Shown here: in pieces, positions 29,001-40,102 of the stretch
Layout of the letters: each line of letters opens with the position of its first letter
How positions within the stretch are numbered: position 1 is the stretch's first letter
IMG/VR virus record: IMGVR_UViG_3300027985_000891
Span: 32,001-96,000 of that record
Reading direction: 5' to 3' (one strand)
Source of the DNA: a virus
DNA: 64,000 nt
Notes under the pieces: generated by a model
What the model was told of the DNA's origin: nothing
The model's database searches: none
The model's input: only the letters and a program-made list of their open reading frames with translations
Position numbers and translations under genes: made by a program

Positions 29001-30716
29001 TTAAAGAATACGACCACCTCCTGCATTTGGATACTCAGCTTGACTAACTGTACCATCACCTGCCAACGTTTGTTCTACCTGATCCTGATCAGATGCACAA
29101 GTAATTGACCGTTTAATCGGACAACCAGTTGACAACAGATATGGATTCAGAATAGCTTCAAACTCCGTGCGAGTAACACTGTCTCCTGAAGGAATCAGAA
29201 TTACTGTTCTTCCTCGACTGGCATGCATGTTACCATGAATACCAATGTCATGTTTAGGAAGCGAATGCTCCAGAATGTAGCTACAGTAAGTTTCCTTACA
29301 TACAGACTTGGTACTGTAAGCTCGAGATCCTCCATTGTAAGAACCTACTCCTGATCGCAGTGGTAAACCGAATGCTCCATGAGGATCGTATCCCCAAGCA
29401 TTATGATTTCTTCCACTACCACCATTATCCGTAGTATATTCTCTCCACTTCCACTCATAACCCAGGTTCTCTGGCAATTGAGCAGCTTGTGTTTTCTTCA
29501 CATAGGTAGATCCGCAAGCGAATCCAGAGCTTGGAAGTACACTAATACTTCTACCCAAATATCCTCGAACAGTGTCAGGTGGGAAGTCACAATTACAGTC
29601 AATCTCTACTGGCTTGGCAATAAAGCGTAGACCTGCAACAGGAACATAAGCTCCATCTTCTGGTGCACTACAAGAAGGACAGTTATTAGGAAGTGTGATC
29701 GATGCAAATGGATCAGATTCTAAACAAGGAGTAATTTCTCCATCTTCATCATCGATCAACTGGAAGTCAGTCACACAGGTATTCACCTGTAAGTGATAAG
29801 AACAACATGGTCGACCGGTACCAGACAAAGCAGAAGTAAATACTGCTGTTCCAAACTTTCCAAGAGCAGCATTGATCTGATTTACAATGCTAGGAAGTTG
29901 CGCCTGAAGCGACAATGTACCATCAGCAGGATTCAGTGAGTTATCAAATGTAATTGCTACAGCACCATCCACAGGATGAGTAAAGGTCAATCCTTTGATA
30001 CCTTCAATATTCAAACAGGTATTACAAGAACCTGCCACTGGATCCAAACAGTAGTCAATAGAAGCTCGAGCATGTCCTCCCCACAAACGAACTGCGTAGA
30101 AAGGCAGATTGGGCTTTTTCTTGGCCAACTTGCTAAACACTGATTGATTCCGAGGATTAGTCAGATAACCGGTGTTGTTAATTTGATCCAGTAATGCACA
30201 TGTCAGCTTGTCGGCATCAATGGCATTATCACAAGCATCACACTCGCAACAGTCAGTAGTTACACTGAAGTTGTAAGCGGAAGGTCGATTATAAGGATAT
30301 TGATTTTGGGTAGTGTCATCCTCAACTGTCACTGTAACCCCAAAGGATTCATTGCAATGAACACACTTGTAGAACAAGTCTACGATGGGTTCTACTCCAC
30401 AACGAGGCGGTTCTGCCGTAGCAGCTTGAATATTGCAACCCCAAATAGAGTCCCCGTATGGTTTACGTAGAACATCTGCCAAACCATCACCATTAGTATC
30501 TTCACCGATGGCAATTACGATTCGATCAGCGTCAGTCAGAGCATCACCAGGACCCATTGATACGTTGGTAGTATGATCATAAATGACCATTTGGCCATCG
30601 AAGATCGTATTGAGGGTATACTGCCCATCCGAACCACAAACAAACACAGGCTTGTTTGCAGCGAACAAAGAGTAGTTTCCTCTTGCTACCAATACATTTT
30701 CACGTACCTTTCGCAT
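29001..30716 (-). CDS. putative auxiliary capsid / structural protein
   Basis: 571 aa, third gene downstream of the MCP, where crAss-like phages place an abundant structural protein. Confidence 0.55.
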   Translation of the reverse strand: MRKVRENVLVARGNYSLFAANKPVFVCGSDGQYTLNTIFDGQMVIYDHTTNVSMGPGDALTDADRIVIAIGEDTNGDGLADVLRKPYGDSIWGCNIQAATAEPPRCGVEPIVDLFYKCVHCNESFGVTVTVEDDTTQNQYPYNRPSAYNFSVTTDCCECDACDNAIDADKLTCALLDQINNTGYLTNPRNQSVFSKLAKKKPNLPFYAVRLWGGHARASIDYCLDPVAGSCNTCLNIEGIKGLTFTHPVDGAVAITFDNSLNPADGTLSLQAQLPSIVNQINAALGKFGTAVFTSALSGTGRPCCSYHLQVNTCVTDFQLIDDEDGEITPCLESDPFASITLPNNCPSCSAPEDGAYVPVAGLRFIAKPVEIDCNCDFPPDTVRGYLGRSISVLPSSGFACGSTYVKKTQAAQLPENLGYEWKWREYTTDNGGSGRNHNAWGYDPHGAFGLPLRSGVGSYNGGSRAYSTKSVCKETYCSYILEHSLPKHDIGIHGNMHASRGRTVILIPSGDSVTRTEFEAILNPYLLSTGCPIKRSITCASDQDQVEQTLAGDGTVSQAEYPNAGGGRIL

Positions 30717-30753
30717 GATTATATGTTTAAAAATGTTATTAAATCAACCTGCT

Positions 30754-31479
30754 TTACTGCATATATAACTTATCAGTAAAGAGAATTTCCTTGAGTTTCG
30801 CTTCAAAATCATTCATCAACCCCAAGTCTCTCAAGGCATAAACTACTGCCACATCTACAATCTTTCTCCACAGGAACGTACTATCAATTATAAAGTCCGA
30901 ATCCTGGCTTACCTGTTCGCCGGCAGCATTGGTATAAGACGAAGCTTGATCTAGTAACGAGGGTGCTGCAATATTATCCGGTTTAAACATGTAGTCCATA
31001 TAGAACTCCACGATTTCGTGTTCCGGTTTTTTATACACATAGTACCCGTCATTCCCCTCTTCTCCAAAGGTCTCTTCCCATTCAAAACTAGGCTCCCAAT
31101 AAGGATCTTTTAAAGACTCGTTGACATCATCTGTTTGAATAGTGAATACCCGAAGTCTTCTTTTCTTATCACAATCCTTGGTTTTAAATATGGCCCATTG
31201 CGTTAATGCTCTATAGTATTTGTCCGGAAACTTAAATACTACACATTCACTTGTGGACCTGACCACAGAGAGTTTCTGTTTCTTTTTCTCCAATAACCGT
31301 AAATGATTACGGATGGTAGTATTGATTTCTGATAAAGCGTAGAAGTTCTCCAGTACGACTTCTTTAGCATGATTGAAGTAAGAATCCCGGGCGGCAACCG
31401 ATATTTTCTTGTTGTACCCTGAATCTATTCTATTAATCTGCTTGATGAACTCATAATGGAACTGCGTCGCTTTAATCAT
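30754..31479 (-). CDS. crAss-like head-tail ring protein (gene-74 type)
   Basis: INRIDS, FPDKY, LKDPYWEPSF, YMFKP and KIVDVAV motifs; synteny. Confidence 0.65.
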   Translation of the reverse strand: MIKATQFHYEFIKQINRIDSGYNKKISVAARDSYFNHAKEVVLENFYALSEINTTIRNHLRLLEKKKQKLSVVRSTSECVVFKFPDKYYRALTQWAIFKTKDCDKKRRLRVFTIQTDDVNESLKDPYWEPSFEWEETFGEEGNDGYYVYKKPEHEIVEFYMDYMFKPDNIAAPSLLDQASSYTNAAGEQVSQDSDFIIDSTFLWRKIVDVAVVYALRDLGLMNDFEAKLKEILFTDKLYMQ

Positions 31480-32437
31480 TTTCCAATGCTTTCTCTAATC
31501 GGATCATTACTTCCTGGTTCGCAGGATCGTTGAAATACTCATAAAGTTTACCATCAGTAGTCGCTATAGGTGTACCAAAGAGTAAGTAACCTTGCGTCTT
31601 ATGCTTTTTCAATTTTCCAGTCGCCTTTGCTTTCTGGATCTTATGTCGGATGTTTAGTTCTTCGGTGTCTGCCTGACACATTTCAATGAATGCTTTTTGC
31701 TTGGTCAGTTTGGTACCTCCCATCATTGTCTTGTTGTCCTGGCTGGCATCCCATAGAACTTCATCTATAATACCGCGTTCAACACTTTCATTCGAGATCA
31801 ATCCCAGGGCGAGGGCTATCTTCATCTTCTTAGCATCGTTTAAAGCTGCGTACAACTTCGTTGCTTCAACAGAGAGCGTTCTCGCCTCTTTCTTGATCTG
31901 AGTGTCAATGTTCTTATCAGTGATCACATACTTCACTCGTTGAGATAGAACCGGATTAATCTTCTCACCTCCATGTTGGAAGTGATGATCCGCATTCATT
32001 CCCGCAAGAATGATCTTGTCAATCGGTCGACTTTTATCTAAAGAAGCTTGACCTTCATACGTAATCACCCTCAATAAAGGATGACTGAAGAATGGATCGG
32101 CAGAGTCATAGACATCGGCAGAAGTAATGTATTCTTTAGCCCTTGGATGTTTATCCGGATACTTCAGTTTACATGCTACTACCAGTTTGTCCAATTCTGC
32201 TTGCTTCTTTTCATCCATCGTTTCATAACCCTTCAACATCCACATTCGGCGTGAAGCAGACCAATTAGGTCTAAACATTTGTCTTGAGTTCGGAAAGCGC
32301 TCGGATTTATATTCTCCGGTAGCGCGATCCTCCTCATGATTGTTTTCAGTGATCTTCTGAAACTGTGTCATTAGACCATTAATAGCCTTGAAGCGTTTGC
32401 TTCCCTGCCTTGGTCTGATCGTGATTAATTCTGCCAT
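31472..32437 (-). CDS. conserved crAss-like protein downstream of MCP (gene-75 type)
   Basis: 321 aa; LDKSRPID, KYVITD and YFNDPANQE motifs; synteny. Confidence 0.6.
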   Translation of the reverse strand: MAELITIRPRQGSKRFKAINGLMTQFQKITENNHEEDRATGEYKSERFPNSRQMFRPNWSASRRMWMLKGYETMDEKKQAELDKLVVACKLKYPDKHPRAKEYITSADVYDSADPFFSHPLLRVITYEGQASLDKSRPIDKIILAGMNADHHFQHGGEKINPVLSQRVKYVITDKNIDTQIKKEARTLSVEATKLYAALNDAKKMKIALALGLISNESVERGIIDEVLWDASQDNKTMMGGTKLTKQKAFIEMCQADTEELNIRHKIQKAKATGKLKKHKTQGYLLFGTPIATTDGKLYEYFNDPANQEVMIRLEKALEND

Positions 32438-32453
32438 ATTTCAATAGTTTTAT

Positions 32454-33995
32454 TTAGTACTGTACAGCTGGTTTAAACCATGCAGTCAATGTCACGTCTT
32501 TTACGCGAAGACCGAATGTGTCAGCAGCATACAGTTGATAACTTCTCTGTGGTCCACCACAATTGAATCCTTTTCCAGCACGACTGTTGATAGGACCAGC
32601 GGGTGACCATGTACCACAATCGTAACTAAAGACCTCAGAATCCCTACGCTTCAGAAGCTCGATATTGGAACCTCCACCATTACCCATACCATAGTCAAGG
32701 ATAATAAACTCGTAGGAAGAAAGTGGTAAACCAGTATCCGGGTGCGTTACCGAACCGTTCAACCAGGTACTGTCAAGAATGTTCCAGTGCTCTACTTTGA
32801 TGGAACCAAATGGGAAAATGGTATACTCGGTAAAGTAAGCAGTTGGATATTTCAGACCTTTATAATTGGAAGGCTGGTAAGATTTACCAGGACCGGTAAA
32901 AGTATTGAAGTCAGACTTGATAGCACTAACATCATACTTCTCAGTAATCCAGTTATTCCATAAAGTCAAACCTCCCTGTCCAGTATAAACAGTGATGTTT
33001 CGTCTTTCCGGTGGTACCCGGTCAAACCATATAGACTGAAGATAGTCTACGAACATATCAATGGATCCACCATTGATTGGGTAAGGAATCACGTTTCCAT
33101 CTTCCAAGAACTCCAAGAGTCCCGGGCCGATTCGACGGTGGAATCCTACCGTATTGTCGATGATGTTTTTACCACCACTTCGACCATAGTAAAGCATGAG
33201 TTCTTTTTCCCATTTGGCTTGTGCCAGGAACTCGGCTTCCATATAAGAAATGATCTGATCCGGATAGGATTCAGTCATAGCCTTACCTGCAGCATCCACG
33301 GCTTGCATTCTCAAGTTCAAGCTATGCGCCTTATTGGTTACTTCTATACTCTTACCCCAATCGGTAAGATCAGACTGAAACTCAATATAGCTCATACCTC
33401 CAAACTGAGTAGAACCGTATCCTCTGGAAGCTTCGGAATAGGCTGCACCTATCTTAATCCACTTCAGAGTGGGCTCCAGTAATTCGGGAGGAAAGTATCC
33501 GTTAGGATCTGAGTCTACAATCTGTACCGGATAAAGGAAACCAGTTCCATCGGCTACAGGCAAACCCTGAATAACAACTTGACATTCCTTCGCTACATCT
33601 GGTGCCAAAATATCCCCTTCAACGAACCATTCTACATCCAACTTAATGTTGAACTCAGTTCCTTGAACACCGGGACAATCAACGCCTGGGTGAACATTTT
33701 CAAGCTGAACAGCCTGTACTTCACCAGTACCTCGAAGTCTCCAACGGATCCAATCAGTATCGATTACTCGAGTTCTTCCAGAACCTTGTAAAAAGTCCTG
33801 CATGGGAGTACGCTTGTCCACCAACGACGGAGCGGCAGTAGAAATGTACTGCATTACTGGATCCGTAAGATCCATCCAAGGCTTTGCAAATGGGTGCGTC
33901 AACAAAAGGATGTTCTCACTGGCAAAATTTGCCCAGTACTTATCCTTTTTGGTTGACTCCTCATAAATCTTGAATTTACTTACATTCGGTCTCAT
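32454..33995 (-). CDS. major capsid protein (crAss-like)
   Basis: 513 aa; WIRWRLRG, FNIKLDVEWF, SEASRGYG, EKELMLYYGR, IGPGLLE and VYTGQGG blocks; order terminase-portal-scaffold-MCP. Confidence 0.85.
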   Translation of the reverse strand: MRPNVSKFKIYEESTKKDKYWANFASENILLLTHPFAKPWMDLTDPVMQYISTAAPSLVDKRTPMQDFLQGSGRTRVIDTDWIRWRLRGTGEVQAVQLENVHPGVDCPGVQGTEFNIKLDVEWFVEGDILAPDVAKECQVVIQGLPVADGTGFLYPVQIVDSDPNGYFPPELLEPTLKWIKIGAAYSEASRGYGSTQFGGMSYIEFQSDLTDWGKSIEVTNKAHSLNLRMQAVDAAGKAMTESYPDQIISYMEAEFLAQAKWEKELMLYYGRSGGKNIIDNTVGFHRRIGPGLLEFLEDGNVIPYPINGGSIDMFVDYLQSIWFDRVPPERRNITVYTGQGGLTLWNNWITEKYDVSAIKSDFNTFTGPGKSYQPSNYKGLKYPTAYFTEYTIFPFGSIKVEHWNILDSTWLNGSVTHPDTGLPLSSYEFIILDYGMGNGGGSNIELLKRRDSEVFSYDCGTWSPAGPINSRAGKGFNCGGPQRSYQLYAADTFGLRVKDVTLTAWFKPAVQY

Positions 33996-34019
33996 CCTTT
34001 CATTATTTATTAATCAATA

Positions 34020-35162
34020 TTAAGCTCCATCGCTGGAGAATAAGTAAGCATTCTGACGAGCAGGTTGTCGACTACGGTTTCCACCATGTCTTTGATTGAG
34101 AAGATCCATAATGTCCTCATCACGCTCTTCTTTACCTTGCTCTTTAATCTTGTCAAGCTTAAAGCCATCCAGTAATAGTTTACCAAAAGCCATTTGCTTT
34201 TCAAGATCATTTTTAAACTCTGCCTCAAGCACCTGGTACTTGGTGAATCTTCGGGTTACAGTACCTCCTTTTCCATCAGGTACCTGCCTGATTTCAGTAG
34301 GCTCGAAATAAGCAGAACGGAGTTGTTCTTTTTCCGCATCCGTTAATTTCATACCCAAAATGTTTCCTCCATCAATGATCTTATTCATTGAAAGCGTCAA
34401 CTGTTTCACCTGTTCAGCATGTGCCTGCTCCTGAGCTCGTCTTTGTTGAGTCTCATTCGCAAGACGTTCCTTTCGTTTTTTATCGAAATGTTTAGTACTG
34501 GCCTGAGCTTTTTCATTTAGTTTTTTGGAAAGCTTGTGCGTTTCAATCAAGGATTCTGTTTCGTCTTTTCCAAGACCCAGATCCATATACATGGCGCGTA
34601 CACTTTCCTCCAGTTGATCTTCAGTCGCATTTTCCAAATCCAGATCAGCATACTGTCCATCATTGATGGCATCTTTTAATACAGCAGGATCACCTCCTTT
34701 CATAAGAAAGTCAATGAAATCTTTGTACTGAGCCGTCTGTTCCAGGATATGCTCTCTACCAGAATCCAATGTTTTAGCAACATAACCATCCAACTGACTA
34801 ATCAGCTGTTTCCAATCCATCTTCTTGTCAATCTCTTCACCGAAGATATCCGGACGACTTTTAGCCAACTGTACTCCTACCAATGCTGCTTCACTATATT
34901 CAGCATATTGTTCATCAATAGGTGGTGTTACTGTCTCTACTGGTGGCTCCTCTTCTTCCTCCTCTTCTTCTTCGTCTACAACCGGTGGAGTCGGCTCCGG
35001 TTCTGGCTCTGTAGATATCTGTACAACAGGTTTTTTATCATCTATCAAAGTGTCATCCTCCTCTTCTGGAGAAATGATGTCGTCCATCCGTGTCTGGAAA
35101 GAGATCGGACCTCCGACTTCTATTTCGGCGACTAAGTTGCCTTGTTCTTCTAATTCTGCCAT
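34020..35162 (-). CDS. acidic scaffold-like protein (gene-77 type)
   Basis: Very acidic N-terminus with a poly-E run, coiled-coil middle, between portal and MCP. Confidence 0.65.
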   Translation of the reverse strand: MAELEEQGNLVAEIEVGGPISFQTRMDDIISPEEEDDTLIDDKKPVVQISTEPEPEPTPPVVDEEEEEEEEEPPVETVTPPIDEQYAEYSEAALVGVQLAKSRPDIFGEEIDKKMDWKQLISQLDGYVAKTLDSGREHILEQTAQYKDFIDFLMKGGDPAVLKDAINDGQYADLDLENATEDQLEESVRAMYMDLGLGKDETESLIETHKLSKKLNEKAQASTKHFDKKRKERLANETQQRRAQEQAHAEQVKQLTLSMNKIIDGGNILGMKLTDAEKEQLRSAYFEPTEIRQVPDGKGGTVTRRFTKYQVLEAEFKNDLEKQMAFGKLLLDGFKLDKIKEQGKEERDEDIMDLLNQRHGGNRSRQPARQNAYLFSSDGA

Positions 35163-35244
35163 TATTCAAAAATATTTAATAGGTTACTCAATATTCTATA
35201 GTTAAGTTATAGGCTCCGATAAAACTACATTGCTCTATAGCACA

Positions 35245-37779
35245 TTATGTAGTCTTCATACCTTTGAGCCTAATCTCTTTAGCCTTCAAGCGCATTTCAT
35301 CTTCATGTTTCTTAAGATCAAGTGCACGGTCTTTCTCATTCTGAATAGCCTCATGTTGTATTTTGATCCGATCACGCTCCTGAGCATCATTAATCTGATT
35401 AAGGTTAATATCATGCTGCTGGGCGTAGCGAGTAGAATTGATCTCTGCCAGGATCATATCCACTTGAGCTTTGTGGTTCATCTTTTGCATCTCGAACTGT
35501 TGCATCATCTCTTGCATCTGCTTTTGAATCTGTGCTTGTTGCTGCATAAGCATTTGCTGATTTTGCACCTCTTCCTGTCGTCGGTCTGCTGCACCCTTCT
35601 CTGCACGTTCTGCAATATTGAGAATCTCAGCCCCATTGTTAGCCCACATTAAGCGTATCAATTCAGGCATAGTGATCAAGCCATTTTGTACCATGGCTTG
35701 GGCTACACTCTTGACGTTCATGATGTTGTTGTAGTCATCTGTGGAATTCCGCACTTTGACAGCCAATTCTGCTGGGCTCATTAGCTGCCAGTCTATTTCC
35801 AGCTCTGCTACCGACATATCGTCCAGAATATACGTTCGGGCAAATTCATTATCCTTGAATGCTACCCGGGTTATCTTCAACATATAGTTGAGCAGATTCT
35901 CTACTACCTTATTATGTGTAGAATAGATATCTTCTGTTTGGTATGAGGACTGTACAATAGATTGTTGATTGTTACTTACCGCAACATACGGCGCAACCTG
36001 CCCCAGGCGGGAGGGGTTATATGACATGGATAAAGCTGCCTGCTGACGGATAAACTCCAGGTACTGTAGTCTACCGGCTACGTCTGACATAGTACTCAGA
36101 TCCATATCTTTGAATATCTGAGAGTCAATACCCGGGTTCCAATCTTCATTGGTAGTATCGATCGGAGCGATCTTACCATACTTCATCATCATGATCCATT
36201 TACCCCAGCTCCATTCTTTGGGTTTGGCATTCATGGTTGTAAGTAAAACCTTACCGACATCCGTGGCCTCCATTTCATGGATCTTAGCCATCTGTACATT
36301 ATATTTGTACTGCCATGGTTTTCCTAGATCAAGAGGCGCAACATTTTTTGCGTTACCAAATAACCTTCCGTACTCTACTCCTATATATGGAAGCTTCGTG
36401 TTCCATGGGTTATCAACAGAAGCGTATTGATAAGGTATGGGACGCTTGTTCAAATATATCGCATCTGTTGTTCCAATTTTATCAACTTCCCAAACCTCGG
36501 GGACCCAGATCACCTTTTGAGATATGTCCCCTTTCGATTGATTATACTTATAGCTCTCGTCCAGCCAGTAATGTTTGATACCTTCCTGAGTCACTCGGGT
36601 CAAATAGATTAGCTTGCGAAGTGACTTCCATACAATATGTACATGACGAATAGATGAGTATCCATCATCATCTGATCCAAACCGTTGATATATGGCTTTG
36701 ACATATTCCTGTCCTGCTTTGGTCCGAATATCCGGAGAGTTTTCAAATATCTTTCCTCCAGAGTGAGCATCCGCAGCACTGACTTCTGCTACCAGGCGAG
36801 ACTGCATACTATCATAGGCAATATTGCTATCGGCAAATGAGTTGAAGACACCATCCAGTTTAGCTAGATCTGCAGACTCCATGATATCTCCAAACTTATT
36901 ATGTAAGTCAGAGAGATTGATACGTTGCTCATATTTAGCCCATTCACCATCTTCAATGAAGTGTGTATTCCGGGAGGAAGAGCTCATAAACCCTACAGGA
37001 TTAACCAGCTCGATATGTGGCATATTATGTCTGACCGTGACATAATAGATTTCTTCTCCGGAGATAATGCCGTGTTTAAAACCTTGATCAGTCAGATACT
37101 TGATATCATAATGACTCATAGCCCAGTCAACTAACTTCTGTCCCTGCATCTCTGAAGGACTCTTGTAGTCCTTTCGCATATAGTTATCGATCTCATCCGG
37201 AGTCATTAACTTACTTTCCTGATCTACCTGGGACATAAACTGATCCTGTTCCTCCGGGGACAGTGAGTACGGATCTGTAATCTTAAGTCGGTACATCACA
37301 TCCATCATGGCTTGCTGACGAATGGGTTCAAGATACTTTTGACTTAAGTATTGCTGGAAGAGTTTATTCCGGTGCATTTTACGCATATTCATGCTGTACC
37401 CGGAAGCATCAATAGCCAGTGGTTTTAATGGTCGACGTTGTTGTTCTCCCACCATAGCCTTAGCTATCTGATCAATAAGTGGTAAATGTTGTATTTCATC
37501 ATAGCCGGCACTAAGTCCTTCTTCCTCCAACTCCGCACCCATGGTCGGTACATAAGCTCGCATAGCCTCTTCACCTCTACCATTGTATAGATTATAGTTG
37601 AGTCGAAGTCTTTTCATACGTTCACTATCATAGTAATACCCATAATAGTGATCATAGAAATCGGCACACCGTTCAGCCCATTGAAATCCTTTTGCCTTCT
37701 TTTTAGCCCAGGTTAATCGCTGCTGTGGATATCCTATTTCCTGCAGTACTTCAGAGTCTATGTATTTATTAGTAGACAT
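35245..37779 (-). CDS. portal protein
   Basis: 844 aa; NYNLYNG, LPLIDQIAKAMVGEQ, WVPEVWE and SRLGQ motifs; Q-rich coiled-coil C-terminus; directly after the terminase. Confidence 0.85.
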   Translation of the reverse strand: MSTNKYIDSEVLQEIGYPQQRLTWAKKKAKGFQWAERCADFYDHYYGYYYDSERMKRLRLNYNLYNGRGEEAMRAYVPTMGAELEEEGLSAGYDEIQHLPLIDQIAKAMVGEQQRRPLKPLAIDASGYSMNMRKMHRNKLFQQYLSQKYLEPIRQQAMMDVMYRLKITDPYSLSPEEQDQFMSQVDQESKLMTPDEIDNYMRKDYKSPSEMQGQKLVDWAMSHYDIKYLTDQGFKHGIISGEEIYYVTVRHNMPHIELVNPVGFMSSSSRNTHFIEDGEWAKYEQRINLSDLHNKFGDIMESADLAKLDGVFNSFADSNIAYDSMQSRLVAEVSAADAHSGGKIFENSPDIRTKAGQEYVKAIYQRFGSDDDGYSSIRHVHIVWKSLRKLIYLTRVTQEGIKHYWLDESYKYNQSKGDISQKVIWVPEVWEVDKIGTTDAIYLNKRPIPYQYASVDNPWNTKLPYIGVEYGRLFGNAKNVAPLDLGKPWQYKYNVQMAKIHEMEATDVGKVLLTTMNAKPKEWSWGKWIMMMKYGKIAPIDTTNEDWNPGIDSQIFKDMDLSTMSDVAGRLQYLEFIRQQAALSMSYNPSRLGQVAPYVAVSNNQQSIVQSSYQTEDIYSTHNKVVENLLNYMLKITRVAFKDNEFARTYILDDMSVAELEIDWQLMSPAELAVKVRNSTDDYNNIMNVKSVAQAMVQNGLITMPELIRLMWANNGAEILNIAERAEKGAADRRQEEVQNQQMLMQQQAQIQKQMQEMMQQFEMQKMNHKAQVDMILAEINSTRYAQQHDINLNQINDAQERDRIKIQHEAIQNEKDRALDLKKHEDEMRLKAKEIRLKGMKTT

Positions 37780-40102
37780 GGAATGGTTTGTTTTGCGTTA
37801 TATATCTTCTTCTTCTAGCCAGAAACTGATCCAGGTCTTTCATAGGCTTGATATCTGGTTTGTGTTCAAATGGTACCATGCGCTCCTGAGATAGCCATAA
37901 TACCAGTAACTTGAGTGCAGATACATGGTCAAAGTTCTGCTCCCGATCATAAGCAATCAGCTCTGATAATAGTCTCGGGGAATAGAATTTATCTATATTG
38001 GTTAGTACACGTCCATCCTCACTGGTACCCCAGGTTTCCAATAGCCACTGTCGAATAAGAATCTCACAGTGAATATTAAGGCTCTTACTCATATGCACAC
38101 CTACATCATACTTCTTCCCTGGGTTCTTTAATGCAGCACTGATCGCTTCATACGGAGAGATCTGCAATAGATGTTGTTTATTCTTCATCTTACAATACCG
38201 GATAAAATCAGGAATGTTATTTTCTACCAAGATTTTGGCATTGTAGTATGTAGCCAACTGAATGGCAATATCATGTATATCATGTACCTGATCATACCGG
38301 CCTATATACTCTGCTACAATGGCATCCTGTAGACCACCATTCCACTGACCATCCACAAATCCTTTGTGAACCAGGATCGATGCTAGTGAGGTACCCCCAT
38401 TATCATCCTTGACCGGGTCATAGACTACCTTGTAGAGTGATTTTCTAAATGAAGGATTAGGTATATCTTCCGGTGGATGTTCATAAATCACCACACATCC
38501 GGCAATATCTCCTTTATAAGAATCCAGGTTAAGTGTAGTAATGGGTTTTATTTTACGATGTACATCTTCCTGCCATAGGACAGCATCGCCGGCTTTGTTC
38601 CAATGCAACGCTCCAATAGAAGCATGCAACGGAAACAGTTCATGACTGAGTACTGTTGCTTCTCGTTGTCGAAGCTTGGCAGTAGGAAACACATTGGCCG
38701 TAGGAGAAAGAAACATTTCTGAAGGCACAATAGGACGTGCCATCATATAACCATCCAGGGCGGAGGATGTGGCTGCTTTTTCTCTGAGTTTACGTTGATT
38801 CAGTTCTTCAGCCAGAGCAGCATCGAGATCGGTATTGCCCAGTTTATCTTTAAAGTCATTATCCACATAATATGCCGGCAAGAAAAATCCTATAGGTTTG
38901 ATTCTATTCTCCCAGTAATCCTTATATGGTAAAAAGTTATAGGCTTCCGGATCCTCAAAAACTATTTTGGATTCAGTGATCTTTTCCATGTTACCACCGG
39001 TACCTATGTAAAAGCTGGATCCAAACTTATTTCGTCGGATCTGACAGGTTTCATTGGAAGCATGTACATCTAATAGATTAGCTAACAGACCAACCTCTTC
39101 TATGACCATGACCGTTGGACGAGTACCTACCGCGGCTTGCGGGTTCTCTGAAGTATAAACACCATGCTGTATTTTAGTACCGGTACCACCAGTCAACCAG
39201 GTATTTCCTTCCTGATATTTATACTCATGACGATAAGGAGATTTAGAATTGTTAGGTGTAAGTGTTCCGGAATAGTTGTTATGAAAGTAACCCGGGATGA
39301 ATTCCTCACCGGTTCCCCAAGAACCATAATGTTTGGTCAACCATTCCTGAGTGGTTGTAAACTTGGTCAATAAATCAGAGGACTTGGATGCCAATGCAGA
39401 ACCTACAAAGATTTCTACCGGTGCCGGTCTGTTCAAATAACTCTCATCAAAGTACTTCTTACCATAGAAGTTATACTCATGACCAATTACTGCATTTCCA
39501 CAAAAGAAAGATTTACCAAAACCCCGGGATCCCAGGACAAAGAAGTTCAGTGCTTGATTTAGAAAATAAGGTCTTCCAAGAGGCTTTTCATGTGTCTGAT
39601 ATAGATATTCACGAGCTTCTATATATTTTTTATAGCCCTTACCATCCGGTAATATGATACTATCCTTAATTCGATCCAGTATCCGGAGTTCTTTATCAGA
39701 CAAGGAAAGGATTCCTTGATCCTCCAATTTCTTTACCAATCGATGAGAGGTGTATTCAGGATCATCTTCAAATCCACTGAAACCTCGACAGGTCAACCAA
39801 CCATAACTCATCAACCATTCTACATCCCGTAGAAGTGGTCTGATCTTACGAGTCGTATTGCCTTTCTCATCTTCATCGTCAATGATGCAAAAGTTGGTAT
39901 AGTAATAGAGAAAGCCTGGCATGTAGCGCCAGCCTCCTTCTACACCATTGCTATCATTTCCCCACTTTCCTTCCAGACAGTAACGTTCCTGTTCCTCCCA
40001 ATGACGTTGATAGGCGGTTGAATCCGGGTGAAACTCCGGATGGGAGTTTACCACAAAATCATCAATATTATATAGTACTGGAAATAGCCTTACAGCTTTC
40101 AC
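37769..40102 (-). CDS. terL: terminase large subunit
   Basis: Walker A GSRGFGKS, Walker B VMVIEEVG, IGTGG coupling motif, RNase H-like VVYDPV, LVENN and NFDHVSA. Confidence 0.92.
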   Translation of the reverse strand: MKAVRLFPVLYNIDDFVVNSHPEFHPDSTAYQRHWEEQERYCLEGKWGNDSNGVEGGWRYMPGFLYYYTNFCIIDDEDEKGNTTRKIRPLLRDVEWLMSYGWLTCRGFSGFEDDPEYTSHRLVKKLEDQGILSLSDKELRILDRIKDSIILPDGKGYKKYIEAREYLYQTHEKPLGRPYFLNQALNFFVLGSRGFGKSFFCGNAVIGHEYNFYGKKYFDESYLNRPAPVEIFVGSALASKSSDLLTKFTTTQEWLTKHYGSWGTGEEFIPGYFHNNYSGTLTPNNSKSPYRHEYKYQEGNTWLTGGTGTKIQHGVYTSENPQAAVGTRPTVMVIEEVGLLANLLDVHASNETCQIRRNKFGSSFYIGTGGNMEKITESKIVFEDPEAYNFLPYKDYWENRIKPIGFFLPAYYVDNDFKDKLGNTDLDAALAEELNQRKLREKAATSSALDGYMMARPIVPSEMFLSPTANVFPTAKLRQREATVLSHELFPLHASIGALHWNKAGDAVLWQEDVHRKIKPITTLNLDSYKGDIAGCVVIYEHPPEDIPNPSFRKSLYKVVYDPVKDDNGGTSLASILVHKGFVDGQWNGGLQDAIVAEYIGRYDQVHDIHDIAIQLATYYNAKILVENNIPDFIRYCKMKNKQHLLQISPYEAISAALKNPGKKYDVGVHMSKSLNIHCEILIRQWLLETWGTSEDGRVLTNIDKFYSPRLLSELIAYDREQNFDHVSALKLLVLWLSQERMVPFEHKPDIKPMKDLDQFLARRRRYITQNKPFHVY

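Noticed and set aside
37769-40102. Intein or intron in terminase, portal or MCP
   Set aside because: Frames are continuous, with no intein splice motifs or homing-endonuclease signature recognised.
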